Made by a program: the position numbers and the translations under genes. From positions 1 to 19,561 of the forward strand of contig CAZKRU010000076.1 in the NCBI GenBank assembly GCA_964555235.1: a DNA stretch of 19,561 nt, read 5' to 3'. Each line of letters starts with the position of its first letter. The first letter of the stretch is position 1. Shown piece by piece: positions 7,416-16,068 of this stretch. This stretch comes from an uncultured Verrucomicrobiota bacterium (GTDB taxonomy: Bacteria > Verrucomicrobiota > Verrucomicrobiia > Methylacidiphilales > CAMAQI01). The notes under the pieces are model-generated. The model did no database searches and was not told the origin of the DNA. It saw only the letters and a program-made list of their open reading frames with translations.

Positions 7416-7694
7416 CTAGTGTACTGAGTCCAAAATATTGTATCTTATGCCAGAAGGGATTTTGGCTGCAATTCGAGGCGTGAGTGCCGGGTTTTATCTG
7501 AACGATAAGACCCAAGCGAACAACGAAGAAGACGGCCAAAAGAACTCTGGCCCCAAGGGTTGCAGTGAAAAAGGCCCGCCCCCGGCGTTGCTCGTCGCTC
7601 ACAGATCGCTGCGGATAGGCTCACTCCTCTCGCCTTGGGTTCGGGCCTTTTTGACTGCAACATAAGATGCACTATTTTGGACTCAGTACACTAG
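7416..7694. repeat. 279-bp element bounded by 34-bp near-perfect terminal inverted repeats (2 mismatches) with a nested 19-bp inner inverted repeat. MITE-like, or a long structured RNA.
   Basis: 7416-7449 is ctagtgtactgagtccaaaatattgtatcttatg. Its reverse complement matches 7661-7694 at 32 of 34 positions. The inner IR is 7575-7593 (ttgcagtgaaaaaggcccg) versus 7642-7660 (cgggcctttttgactgcaa), 18 of 19 identities. Confidence 0.6.
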
Positions 7695-7746
7695 TAGAGT
7701 AGAAATTTTTCTAGCTACCAAAGCATTCCTCGCTAAGAATTCTTCC

Positions 7747-7956
7747 ATGTTACGTGGCGTCGCTTCTTCAACGTTATGCGTCCTTGCGCTGACCCTGATT
7801 CTCGGGGGGTGTGCGAGTGGCCCCAATAAGGATGGTTTGAGCGGGCCATCCATTGATCCCCCCAATGAAGACTATTATGGAAGCGGTCACAGTCGCACCA
7901 CCACCAATACGGATGAAGTGAACGTCGGACTCGGTCGTTACAAAAAAACTTTTTGA
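7747..7956 (+). CDS. Small lipoprotein (69 aa)
   Basis: Signal peptide with lipobox LILGGC (MLRGVASSTLCVLALTLILGGCAS). A candidate promoter (TTGGAC-N17-TAGAAA) precedes it, partly within the right IR of the upstream element. Confidence 0.5.
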   Translation: MLRGVASSTLCVLALTLILGGCASGPNKDGLSGPSIDPPNEDYYGSGHSRTTTNTDEVNVGLGRYKKTF

Positions 7957-7967
7957 TTTCCCCTGCC

Positions 7968-8333
7968 ATGTCCCATGCCACCAATGTCCTCGGCACTCCT
8001 CTTCAGGGATGTTGCTCCTCTCCTAAAACCGGATTCTATCGGGATGGATTCTGTCATACCGGTCCGGGCGATCGGGGTCTTCATGTTGTCTGCGTTGAAC
8101 TGACGGAGGAATTTCTCGCCTTCTCCAAACGCCAGGGAAATGATCTGAGCACTCCGGTTCCCGAATTTGGATTTCCCGGCCTACACCCGGGAGACCGCTG
8201 GTGTCTTTGCGTCTCGCGATGGAAAGACGCGCTCGATGTCGGATATGCCCCTCGTGTCGTCCTTGAAGCCACCCATATTTCTGCCTTGGAATATGTCTCC
8301 CTCGAGGAATTACAGAAATATGCACTGAAGTAA
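7968..8333 (+). CDS. DUF2237-family conserved protein
   Basis: NVLGTPLQGCC...GFYRDGFCHTGPGDRGLHVVCVELTEEFLAFSKRQGNDLSTPVPEFGFPGLHPGDRWCLCVSRWKDALDVGYAPRVVLEATH matches the conserved DUF2237 core as I recall it. The ORF track starts at 7953 (MISPAM...). 7968 (MSHATNVLG) fits family N-termini better. Confidence 0.75.
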   Translation: MSHATNVLGTPLQGCCSSPKTGFYRDGFCHTGPGDRGLHVVCVELTEEFLAFSKRQGNDLSTPVPEFGFPGLHPGDRWCLCVSRWKDALDVGYAPRVVLEATHISALEYVSLEELQKYALK

Positions 8334-8336
8334 TTC

Positions 8337-9035
8337 TCACTGAAGATCGAAGCGGATCGGAATATGCGCTTCAGAGCGGATCGAAATTCCTGCGGCTTGG
8401 CTTGGGCGAAATTTCCATCGCAAGACCGCTTTCACCGCAGCCGCGTCCAAATCGGCATGGCCACTGGAGTCAATCACCTCGACCCGGCTCGGATTTCCTT
8501 TTTCATCAATGAAAACGTGGAGTCGAACTTTTCCCTCCGCTTTTCGATGTCGTGCGGATTCCGGATAAAGGGGAGGCGGGTTCCGGAGATAATCGGGCTT
8601 CTCCACAAATACGGCTCCCGAATCGGAGTGCGCCGTCGTCTGATCCTTTCCTGGTTTTTTAGAGCTTCCATCTCCGCGTTCCGGAGTTGTCGGAGTCGGT
8701 TTGGGCGTGGAAACCACCGGTGAAGGTTCCAGAGCCGGCATTGACTCTGGCTTTACCACTTCAGACTTGTGTGAGATGACAGGAGATTCTGGAATCACTT
8801 CCTCGACCATGGCCTCCGGCTCGGGCGGGGGAGTGATCGGAGGAATGGATGGCTCCGGAGGTGTCACCGTCGGAGAGGATTCAAGAGCGGGAGCCGCCGC
8901 AATCAAATTCACTTCCATGCTGCTTTCCCCGACCTGAATTCCATAGTGCGCCGGCTCCGTAAACGTCCAGGCTCCGACCGCAAGCACGCCTCCATGGACC
9001 GCGATGGAGAAAAGAATGCTTTGCGAAAATTTCAC
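8337..9035 (-). CDS. tonB: Energy transducer TonB
   Basis: N-terminal TM anchor. Pro-rich spacer (PPEPSIPPITPPPEPE...). C-terminal TonB domain (NPPPLYPESARHRKAEGKVRLHVFIDEKGNPSRVEVIDSSGHADLDAAAVKAVLRWKFRP). Overlaps exbD by 4 nt. Confidence 0.85.
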   Translation of the reverse strand: MKFSQSILFSIAVHGGVLAVGAWTFTEPAHYGIQVGESSMEVNLIAAAPALESSPTVTPPEPSIPPITPPPEPEAMVEEVIPESPVISHKSEVVKPESMPALEPSPVVSTPKPTPTTPERGDGSSKKPGKDQTTAHSDSGAVFVEKPDYLRNPPPLYPESARHRKAEGKVRLHVFIDEKGNPSRVEVIDSSGHADLDAAAVKAVLRWKFRPSQAAGISIRSEAHIPIRFDLQ

Positions 9036-9448
9036 GACCCCTTTTTCGGTTTGGTTTCAATCGCGACCTTTGTAATGCCTGCCTGACGAACCAGATCCAG
9101 CGCGCGAATGGCCAGGCCAAAATCGGCTTTTTCGTCCCCATTGATAAAAATCCGGATTTCCGGATCCTTCTGACGAAGCGCTTTCAATCGATCCGGGAGC
9201 GCCGCGAGGGAGACCGCTTCTTTGTCTAGATAAAGTTCCCCGACTTCGGTGACACTGATGGCCACGTGATGTTTGCGATCTTGCGGGGAACCTGTGGAAG
9301 CCACGGGAAGATTCACGGGAATCCCTTTGTTCTTGATCATGGAGAGCGAGACCATGACAAAAGTCGCCAAGAGAAAAAACATGATGTCGATCAGGGGAAT
9401 GATCTCAATCCGCGCCCGTCGCGCTCCGCGTGGTGAGGGAATAATCAT
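9032..9448 (-). CDS. exbD: Biopolymer transport protein ExbD/TolR
   Basis: 138 aa. N-terminal TM (IIPLIDIMFFLLATFVMV) plus periplasmic domain. Overlaps exbB by 4 nt. Confidence 0.85.
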   Translation of the reverse strand: MIIPSPRGARRARIEIIPLIDIMFFLLATFVMVSLSMIKNKGIPVNLPVASTGSPQDRKHHVAISVTEVGELYLDKEAVSLAALPDRLKALRQKDPEIRIFINGDEKADFGLAIRALDLVRQAGITKVAIETKPKKGS

Positions 9449-10068
9449 TTCTTTTCTGCCAACGATTCTGGAGCGTGCCCGACCAGCATCAACTCCAACT
9501 GGGTCGTGGCATCTTCGATTTCACGCCGCGCTTCTTCCAATTTCGCGTTCAAGTAATTGAAGGGAATCAATGCGGTGATGGCGACCCCGAGTCCGAAGGC
9601 CGTCGCAATCAAGGCCTCGGCAATTCCCCCGGTGATCGCCGTCGGGGCCTCCAACTCTGAAGCCCCCAAGAGCCCGAAGGATTGAATCATTCCGATGACC
9701 GTTCCGAGAAGTCCGAGTAATGGCGCGAGGGTGATGATCGTATCCAATACAGGGAGCCCGCGATTGAATCGTTTGAGCTCCTGGCTCGCGGCATGCAACA
9801 CCGCATGAGAGAGGGATCGTTCCCGATGGGAAAGCGCATAAGTCAAAACCCGGGCAACGAAATCATTGGTGCCTGCTCCGGTCTTGCGCGCTTCGTCCCA
9901 AGCTCCGGTTTCTACTTGAAAGAGGAGTTGCTCCACAATTTCTGGCTGCCGGCTTTGATGCTCTCGAATCATAAAAACAATTCGATCGATCACCACCGCA
10001 ACGGCAACGATGGAAGTGAGTAAAATCGGCCACATAATCGGGCCGCCTTTGATAAAGAGCTGTATCAT
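9445..10068 (-). CDS. exbB: MotA/TolQ/ExbB proton-channel protein ExbB
   Basis: 207 aa. Three TM segments. Conserved C-terminal TM region (GLLGTVIGMIQSF...ITGGIAEALIATAFGL). Confidence 0.85.
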   Translation of the reverse strand: MIQLFIKGGPIMWPILLTSIVAVAVVIDRIVFMIREHQSRQPEIVEQLLFQVETGAWDEARKTGAGTNDFVARVLTYALSHRERSLSHAVLHAASQELKRFNRGLPVLDTIITLAPLLGLLGTVIGMIQSFGLLGASELEAPTAITGGIAEALIATAFGLGVAITALIPFNYLNAKLEEARREIEDATTQLELMLVGHAPESLAEKK

Positions 10069-11195
10069 TTTTTCCCTTGGATGAATTTGAAAAGTCGACG
10101 AACACTCAACGAAAATCCAGTATAAACTAACAAAGAAGCCCCCCCGGATGCAAGCATGGCTAGCGTCTGTCCTGCGATCCCTCCGGCCTCACCGGTATGA
10201 ATCCATCGCGCCCAGAACCGCGCTTTACGTCCCGCGTTGAAACTTTCATAGGGCTCCCAGCGAAGAATTTCGCCGCTTTTGGAATCCAAAGTGAGTGAAG
10301 ATTTCATATCGGGACGACTGCCATCCCCTTGATCAATCAAAAAGGTCAGAGACTTTCCCGGAGCATTCGGAAATCGAACCGAAATACTCTTCCAATCGGC
10401 ACCCTGTTGCTCTGCCCGCACCCAAAGTGGATCCAAGGTTCCCGTCGTCCATCCTTGAACTTTTGTGACGCGACCCGCCATCTCCCCTCCCCCTTCACGC
10501 GCGGGTGGCGCTTCATTTCCCGTCAACTGATACAGAAGCCGAGTGGCCCAGGGATAAGAAATCAGGACTCCGGTCAACACAATGAAAAAAAGAATGGGCG
10601 CGAGCCAAAATCCAATCGAATTATGCCAATTCCAATCCCGTGCTTTTCCCTCAAGGTCGATTCGCGGAATGCCGACCGATTGAAAATTCTTCTGACTCCA
10701 AGGCCGTGGCCACCAGAGATAAATCCCGCTCACGACGAGAAAAAGAAAGGCGAGATTGCACGCTCCGGTGATTCCCTTTCCCCAGACACGATTTTCTCCA
10801 TGAGTCCCCAACCAACGATGCCAATCCGTGACTTCGTGAAAAAAAGTGCGAGCCGCTTTTGATCCTTCTCCTACAATTTCCCCCGTGTAGGGATTCGCAA
10901 AAAACACCCCTTCCCGACCCAATCCAACTATTGCAGGCAACGAAGGATCTGATTTCAAGATAAGATTCCCAGGGATTCCCTGGGGACGAGCTTCCCTCAC
11001 CTTTTCAAGAAGCGCTTCCGGAGAAAGTCGTGGCGTTCCTCTGAAAACTTCCACGGTCGGTGCGGCATCCGCCCAAGCGGTCATTTGGCGCTCATACGCG
11101 AGCAAGACTCCAGTGACGGACATCACCAGAACCACCGCACCCGCCACGACTCCCGCGACGAGATGCATCCAAAAGACAACCTTTCGCGCGCTCAT
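10065..11195 (-). CDS. PepSY-associated TM helix protein (PiuB-like, iron-uptake associated)
   Basis: 376 aa. N-terminal TM, then a periplasmic region with W-rich TM helices (GIYLWWPRPW.., WHNSIGFWLAPILFF). Sits in an iron-uptake operon. Overlaps exbB by 4 nt. Confidence 0.7.
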   Translation of the reverse strand: MSARKVVFWMHLVAGVVAGAVVLVMSVTGVLLAYERQMTAWADAAPTVEVFRGTPRLSPEALLEKVREARPQGIPGNLILKSDPSLPAIVGLGREGVFFANPYTGEIVGEGSKAARTFFHEVTDWHRWLGTHGENRVWGKGITGACNLAFLFLVVSGIYLWWPRPWSQKNFQSVGIPRIDLEGKARDWNWHNSIGFWLAPILFFIVLTGVLISYPWATRLLYQLTGNEAPPAREGGGEMAGRVTKVQGWTTGTLDPLWVRAEQQGADWKSISVRFPNAPGKSLTFLIDQGDGSRPDMKSSLTLDSKSGEILRWEPYESFNAGRKARFWARWIHTGEAGGIAGQTLAMLASGGASLLVYTGFSLSVRRLFKFIQGKK

Positions 11196-12268
11196 GCTGT
11201 CATTTCCATTCGTTGCTGGATCATTCCTTCGATGCGGTCCCTAACTCGGCTCATCTCCTGATAGCGCTGAATCAGCGTCTCCACCAAATCACGATCTGAA
11301 GAAGTCAGGAGAAGATTGGAGATTCGGCGATGAATCATCGCTTCCGAAACTCGAAACGCGTCACGCATCGCTTCTGCCAGCAGAGGATCCATGACAATTC
11401 CTCCCTGGACGTTTTCCCCTTCCAAAAATTCCTCCAAAAACTCCGTCAGAAAATGCGGCAAATGAACCTGATAAAATCGGAGCCCGAAACAAAAGAAGAC
11501 CCGAGCCAGCGGAATAAACTCAGAAACACCTTGCTCCTTCCAGTCCTGGGCCAAGCGAATTCCCGCCTCGACGATATCGGTCACTTCTGAAACTCGATCG
11601 GGAAGCACTTCTTCCGAAAAACATCCTGCATCCACCTGGTTGCCGATCGCTAAACAGAGCAACTGTCGGGTCTTGAGTCCGATTTCTGCCGCGTGACGGT
11701 CCGTTCGTTCTTCCGCCTGCACTTCCGAAAGAATGCGCCGCGCCTCGGCTTCAATCGGAACGTCTTTTCCCCCTTCATGAAATTGAATCGTCGCCTGATT
11801 CGCCCAGATTCCCGCTCTCAAAAAAAAGGAGCCCGGAACCTCGTCCGTTAGCACCGCTTGAGCCTCTTGAAAAGAACGCAATGACTCCCGATCGTTTCCT
11901 TGCTTCATCAATGTCACACCGCGATTCGTCCAGGCCACCACGCGGCGCTGGCGAAATGCCTCATGCGTTTCGACGGGAAGTTTTTCCAAATGTTCCAACG
12001 CCACATCAAAACAGCGAACAGATTCCACGAGCCGTTCCTCGCCTCCCAATCGGGACAAGGCCTCGCCCCGATTCAGCCAGCCGGCAGCCAGCCCATAGCG
12101 GGACCATGGATTTTCCTCCAAGGGAAAACGGTTTCGGAGTTCAATCGCCCCTTCAAACCAAGGGAGTGCCCCCAGGGCTCCATCCGGTTCTTCCAAAAGT
12201 GAAATTCCCCGACGAGTCCAGGCGGATGCCAATGCTTCTCGTTGCTCTAAACTCAAATTTCCGTCCAT
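11192..12268 (-). CDS. Hypothetical cytoplasmic protein with TPR-like repeats, embedded in the iron-uptake operon
   Basis: 358 aa with no signal peptide. Recurring W(T/L/A)N(R/Q)G(E/V/A) repeat signatures ([41 protein letters not shown]). Start and stop overlap both neighbours. Confidence 0.55.
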   Translation of the reverse strand: MDGNLSLEQREALASAWTRRGISLLEEPDGALGALPWFEGAIELRNRFPLEENPWSRYGLAAGWLNRGEALSRLGGEERLVESVRCFDVALEHLEKLPVETHEAFRQRRVVAWTNRGVTLMKQGNDRESLRSFQEAQAVLTDEVPGSFFLRAGIWANQATIQFHEGGKDVPIEAEARRILSEVQAEERTDRHAAEIGLKTRQLLCLAIGNQVDAGCFSEEVLPDRVSEVTDIVEAGIRLAQDWKEQGVSEFIPLARVFFCFGLRFYQVHLPHFLTEFLEEFLEGENVQGGIVMDPLLAEAMRDAFRVSEAMIHRRISNLLLTSSDRDLVETLIQRYQEMSRVRDRIEGMIQQRMEMTA

Positions 12269-12945
12269 TGTCGCAACAAATTATGATAGACCCCGGTCAA
12301 CTGAACCGCCGTTTGTGTCGCCACCGGATTCTCGGCCAAATCTCGTCCGAGCCGTTGAATCGCCAGATCCAGATCAAAAAGTAAGCCTCGCTGGGTGTCA
12401 TCGCGAATCATGCTCTGCAACCAGAAAAACGAACAAATCCGCGCCCCACGAGTCACCGGCTTAACGTGGTGCAAACTGGTGGCGGGGTACAAGACCATGT
12501 GACCGGGCGGCAGTTTCACCTGATGGACCCCATACGTATCCTCCACGCAAAGCTCCCCGCCCTCATATTCCTCCGGTCCCGCAAAGAAGAGCGTCGCTGA
12601 AATATCCGTTCGGATCCGATGCGGCGTTCCGGGAATCTGCCGGATTGCATTATCAACATGGGTCCCAAATGATTGTCCTCCCGAATACTGATTGAAGAGC
12701 GGAGGAAAAACATGCAAGGGCAACGCCGCCGAGAGAAAGAGCGTATTCTTGCTGAGTGAGGCAAGGATCATCTCTCCCAATTGACGCGCGGCAGGATGTC
12801 CTTCCGGGATTTGGAGATTATCCTTCGCCTTGGCCGATTGATGACCCGCCGTGACGCGGCCATCCACCCACTCGGCCTGATCGAGGATTTGTCGTGCTTG
12901 AGCGACTTGCTCAGTGTTGAGGACATCGGGAATCGTGATTAACAT
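12253..12945 (-). CDS. ybiX: PKHD-type Fe(II)/2-oxoglutarate-dependent hydroxylase (YbiX/PiuC family)
   Basis: 230 aa. Near-collinear with E. coli YbiX from memory: EWVDG..TAG.QSA.AK.N.Q.PEG.P, FPPLFN.Y.GG..FG.HVDNAIR, IRTD.SATLF, GGEL..EDT.G.H.VKLP.G..VLYP..SLH.V.PVTRG.R..SFFW.QSMIRDD, YHNLLR.W.EI. Confidence 0.85.
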   Translation of the reverse strand: MLITIPDVLNTEQVAQARQILDQAEWVDGRVTAGHQSAKAKDNLQIPEGHPAARQLGEMILASLSKNTLFLSAALPLHVFPPLFNQYSGGQSFGTHVDNAIRQIPGTPHRIRTDISATLFFAGPEEYEGGELCVEDTYGVHQVKLPPGHMVLYPATSLHHVKPVTRGARICSFFWLQSMIRDDTQRGLLFDLDLAIQRLGRDLAENPVATQTAVQLTGVYHNLLRQWTEI

Positions 12946-12959
12946 GGAATCCTTCGTAC

Positions 12960-15299
12960 TTAGAATTTGATGCTGCTGGACAGAATCATCATTCGGCCCG
13001 TTCCAGGAATGGCATGTCCACCCCCGACGCGATCGATATACTCCGTGTCCCAGAGATTCTGAATGTTGAAACGCACATCCATGTGATCGTTCACTTTATA
13101 AGAGAACAATAAATCCTGCAGCCAATATCCATCCACCGAGTTGGTGTTAATATTATTCGCGTAACGTTTATCAATAAACTGAACCCCGGTTCCAATTTCC
13201 AGATGGAAGGGGAGCATATACGTCGTCCAGATACTGGCCGTTTGTTGCGGCGTATTCGAAAGCGTGTGACCCTCCTCAGGAATTCCTGCCACGCCATTAT
13301 AAGTGGTGACCGTTTTCGATTTCGTGATCGCGCTATCCATAATGGTATATCCACCAAAGGCTTTCCATGCCTTGGTGAGGCTCCCAGCGACACCTAATTC
13401 AATTCCTTCCACTTGGACTTCGCCGGTGGTCGAGACTTCAGCGGTTACAGGATCCGTCGTTCGAAAATTGCTTTTGGTCGTGCGAAAGAGCGCTCCACTC
13501 AGAGATAATTTTTCATCCAAAAGATCCCACTTGGTTCCCAACTCAAAGCTTTCGCTGGTCTCAGGCTCCAAGGCCACCGTGCTCGTTGCTAATGTCAATC
13601 CCTCCGCAGAAGGATTGAACGAAGTTCCATAACCAAAGTAGATGCTTCCATACGGGACCGGCTTATACGTCAACCCTGTTTTCCACGTCGGCTCCAGATC
13701 CGCTCGTTCAAACTTGGTCATCGAAGTGTCAGCGGCGACCTGATCATAATGGGTTTCAAAATAATCCCCACGCGCTCCCAAGGTCAGAATCCATTGTTCC
13801 GTGAGCTTGATCGTATCAAAAACCGAAACCCCCACGGAATCCGAAATCGCTCGATTATTTGCGCCCGTTCGACTCACAGGTCCTGTGGATCGGTCATAAG
13901 GGTTAGGACTGTAAGTATCTCCCAGCAATGCCTGAAAGTTCGTGGTGCCAATCCGAAACAGCGTTGGAGCAGACCGCGCGTAATTGATCTCACTCTCATA
14001 GCTGTATTCAATACTCGAAACCATTGAATGAGGGACTTTCCAAGTCTCAAATTCGGTCAGTAAGTTCGTCTGATTGGCAATCACCTGATCAATCTGATCG
14101 CGCGACTGGATTTGACGATTGACTCCGATCGGTCGTGCGCCATTCGCCGCAACGGTATTTGCCTGAAAACGGGGCGCAGAGATTACAGAATCCCGATAGG
14201 TCCGCCCATACCGTGTTTGATTTTCCAATTTGACGTTGTCCGTAAAATCGTGCTCGAGCTTCATTCCATAAATATCATTGCTGATATCTTCGTAGTCCCG
14301 ATTTGCCAGACCAAAGAAGGTGCTGTAAGGAACCGGAGCCACTCGACCCAACGCGTCGCCTCCTCCATAAACCGCCGCATTGGCGGTCGTGGCAACAAAC
14401 GGCAATCCATAAGAAGGAAGATTTTTTTCCTCAAGATGCAAGTAACTTAACGTTGCTCGTGTCGGTGTTCCGAGCCCGAAAGCCAGCACCGGCGCGACCG
14501 CCCAACGTTCATCACTCACGTAGTCTCGACCGGAGTAATCCTGACTGTGGAAAAGTCCGTTCAGCCGAAATGCCGCAGGATTCTCTGAACCAATCAACGT
14601 CAGCGGGATTTTCTGATTCAAATCCACCGTCGTGCGATAGTATTCATTCGTTCCGTAAGCAACATCGCCATCATAGAAGTTTTCCAGCTTGGGCGTTTTG
14701 CTTACCATATTGATCGAGCCCCCGGTTGAACCGCGTCCAGTGTAAGCAGAGGCAGGCCCTTTGGAAACTTCCACCTGCTCGAGATTAAACGGATCGCGAG
14801 TGTAACCGCCAATATCACGAACCCCATCGACAAACATATCGGTTCGCGCGCTGAATCCACGAACGGAAAGCTGATCCCCTGCCGGAACGCCTCCCTCTCC
14901 CGCCTGGACACTGATTCCCGGTACATTGCGCAAAACATCCCGAAGCGTTGCCGTTCCTTGATCCTTGATCACCGACTGCGGAATGACCGTGACCGTTTGA
15001 GGGGTGTCGCGTAACGATTCTGTATATTTCGAAGAAGACACCCTGGTCGGTTGGTAGGAATTCGGATCTTCCTTTGCCGTAACGACCACTTCGGGAAGAT
15101 CGGTTTGAGTAGTAACTGGTTTTTGAACGGGTTTCGGCTTTTTTCCCGTTTCGGTAGCGGCGGGGCTATTGGTGCTCTGCGCTGAAACACTTCCGACCAT
15201 CATGAGTGCATTCACCAATTTCAAGAGGGAGGCAGCCTTGGAGCGACTCCGATTTTGTCGGACTTTTTTCGCGTTCAGTTCGTTGCGGTTCTCGTTCAT
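12960..15299 (-). CDS. TonB-dependent outer-membrane receptor (catecholate/siderophore type; Fiu/PiuA-like by operon context)
   Basis: 779 aa. Signal region. TonB box-like ETVVVTA variant (PEVVVTAKE). Plug domain motifs ([35 protein letters not shown]). Long barrel ending in a terminal Phe (..SSSIKF). Immediately upstream of ybiX/piuC as in fiu-ybiX/piuA-piuC loci. Confidence 0.85.
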   Translation of the reverse strand: MNENRNELNAKKVRQNRSRSKAASLLKLVNALMMVGSVSAQSTNSPAATETGKKPKPVQKPVTTQTDLPEVVVTAKEDPNSYQPTRVSSSKYTESLRDTPQTVTVIPQSVIKDQGTATLRDVLRNVPGISVQAGEGGVPAGDQLSVRGFSARTDMFVDGVRDIGGYTRDPFNLEQVEVSKGPASAYTGRGSTGGSINMVSKTPKLENFYDGDVAYGTNEYYRTTVDLNQKIPLTLIGSENPAAFRLNGLFHSQDYSGRDYVSDERWAVAPVLAFGLGTPTRATLSYLHLEEKNLPSYGLPFVATTANAAVYGGGDALGRVAPVPYSTFFGLANRDYEDISNDIYGMKLEHDFTDNVKLENQTRYGRTYRDSVISAPRFQANTVAANGARPIGVNRQIQSRDQIDQVIANQTNLLTEFETWKVPHSMVSSIEYSYESEINYARSAPTLFRIGTTNFQALLGDTYSPNPYDRSTGPVSRTGANNRAISDSVGVSVFDTIKLTEQWILTLGARGDYFETHYDQVAADTSMTKFERADLEPTWKTGLTYKPVPYGSIYFGYGTSFNPSAEGLTLATSTVALEPETSESFELGTKWDLLDEKLSLSGALFRTTKSNFRTTDPVTAEVSTTGEVQVEGIELGVAGSLTKAWKAFGGYTIMDSAITKSKTVTTYNGVAGIPEEGHTLSNTPQQTASIWTTYMLPFHLEIGTGVQFIDKRYANNINTNSVDGYWLQDLLFSYKVNDHMDVRFNIQNLWDTEYIDRVGGGHAIPGTGRMMILSSSIKF

Positions 15300-15362
15300 A
15301 AGAGTCGTATCCTAACAACTCTTCCAAAACTCCGCTAACGGACGCTTGCTAATTTTTAATGG

Positions 15363-15523
15363 CAGATTGCGTTTGCCTGTTCCACCAAAAAGTACAAAAG
15401 CCGCACAACGAGAGTTTTTTTAATGGCTTGTGGAACTGAAATCTGTCTCCATCTGCGAAAATCTGTGAATTCAACCCGCAGGATTTTTTATCCGCAGATT
15501 CACTCCGATTTTCACAGATTGCA
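15363..15523. promoter_or_regulatory. Array of six AATCTGYG motifs in the TBDR upstream region. Three are direct repeats at exact 10-bp spacing and three are in the opposite orientation. Candidate operator/activator sites.
   Basis: Plus-strand ATCTG at 15441, 15451 and 15461. Plus-strand CAGAT at 15363, 15496 and 15516. Consensus (A)ATCTG(Y)G. About 0.3 copies of a 5-mer would be expected by chance in 160 bp. No canonical Fur box is visible. Confidence 0.5.
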
Positions 15524-15552
15524 CATGGCGGGAATATATTTGATGATGAGAG

Positions 15553-16068
15553 TCAAACGACCTCCTTCAAAAAGTCCTCTGGCTTTTCAACACTGAGCAA
15601 GAGCGGTGCCCCCTTCTTTCTCGGCAAATAGGCCACCCGTTTCCGATCCGTCAGAAAAATCAGCGCGCGCGATCCATTCCGCAATAAGTACCAACCCGAT
15701 TGATAATCGAACAATCCCGTCCCCATGAGCTTCATCACCGGACGAAACTCCAAGGCTTCGGTAAGATCGAGGATTGCTGCCGATTTTCCCTCGAATTCCG
15801 TTTTCAGAATCTCCGTCCCCCAGAGATCCCCACGGATTTTAAGTCGATCTGATTCAACAACGAACTCCACGTCACGAGAGCGGTCTGCCCATTGGATTGC
15901 TTTTGCCACCAGGATCAGAATTCCCAGATGAATCACCAATGAGGAGACCGACTCAGTCGCCGCAAACGCAATTCCGATCAGAAGCCCCCCGAGCGCTGCC
16001 ACTCCCCACAGCAGACGCTCCGGTTTGGCCTCTGGATTCACGGTCAGACGATAGCACATCGAGTTCAT
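15553..16068 (-). CDS. Membrane protein co-transcribed with flotillin (NfeD-like or bacterial-PH-domain-like partner)
   Basis: 171 aa. Two N-terminal TM helices, then a soluble domain of about 110 aa. The ATGA overlaps the flotillin stop. Flotillin genes are commonly paired with NfeD/YuaF/YqiJ-type membrane partners. Confidence 0.5.
   Translation of the reverse strand: MNSMCYRLTVNPEAKPERLLWGVAALGGLLIGIAFAATESVSSLVIHLGILILVAKAIQWADRSRDVEFVVESDRLKIRGDLWGTEILKTEFEGKSAAILDLTEALEFRPVMKLMGTGLFDYQSGWYLLRNGSRALIFLTDRKRVAYLPRKKGAPLLLSVEKPEDFLKEVV

Noticed and set aside
7438-7672. 75-aa ORFs on both strands spanning the inverted-repeat element
   Set aside because: The start and stop codons are created symmetrically by the terminal inverted repeats (ttATG / CATaa). 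Having both strands open is more consistent with a non-coding element than with two proteins.
10329-10862. 177-aa plus-strand ORF
   Set aside because: It is antisense to the PepSY-domain gene, which sits in a tight operon. No motifs.
11881-12384. 167-aa and 100-aa plus-strand ORFs
   Set aside because: They are antisense to the TPR-like and ybiX genes. Pro/Arg-rich shadow ORFs.
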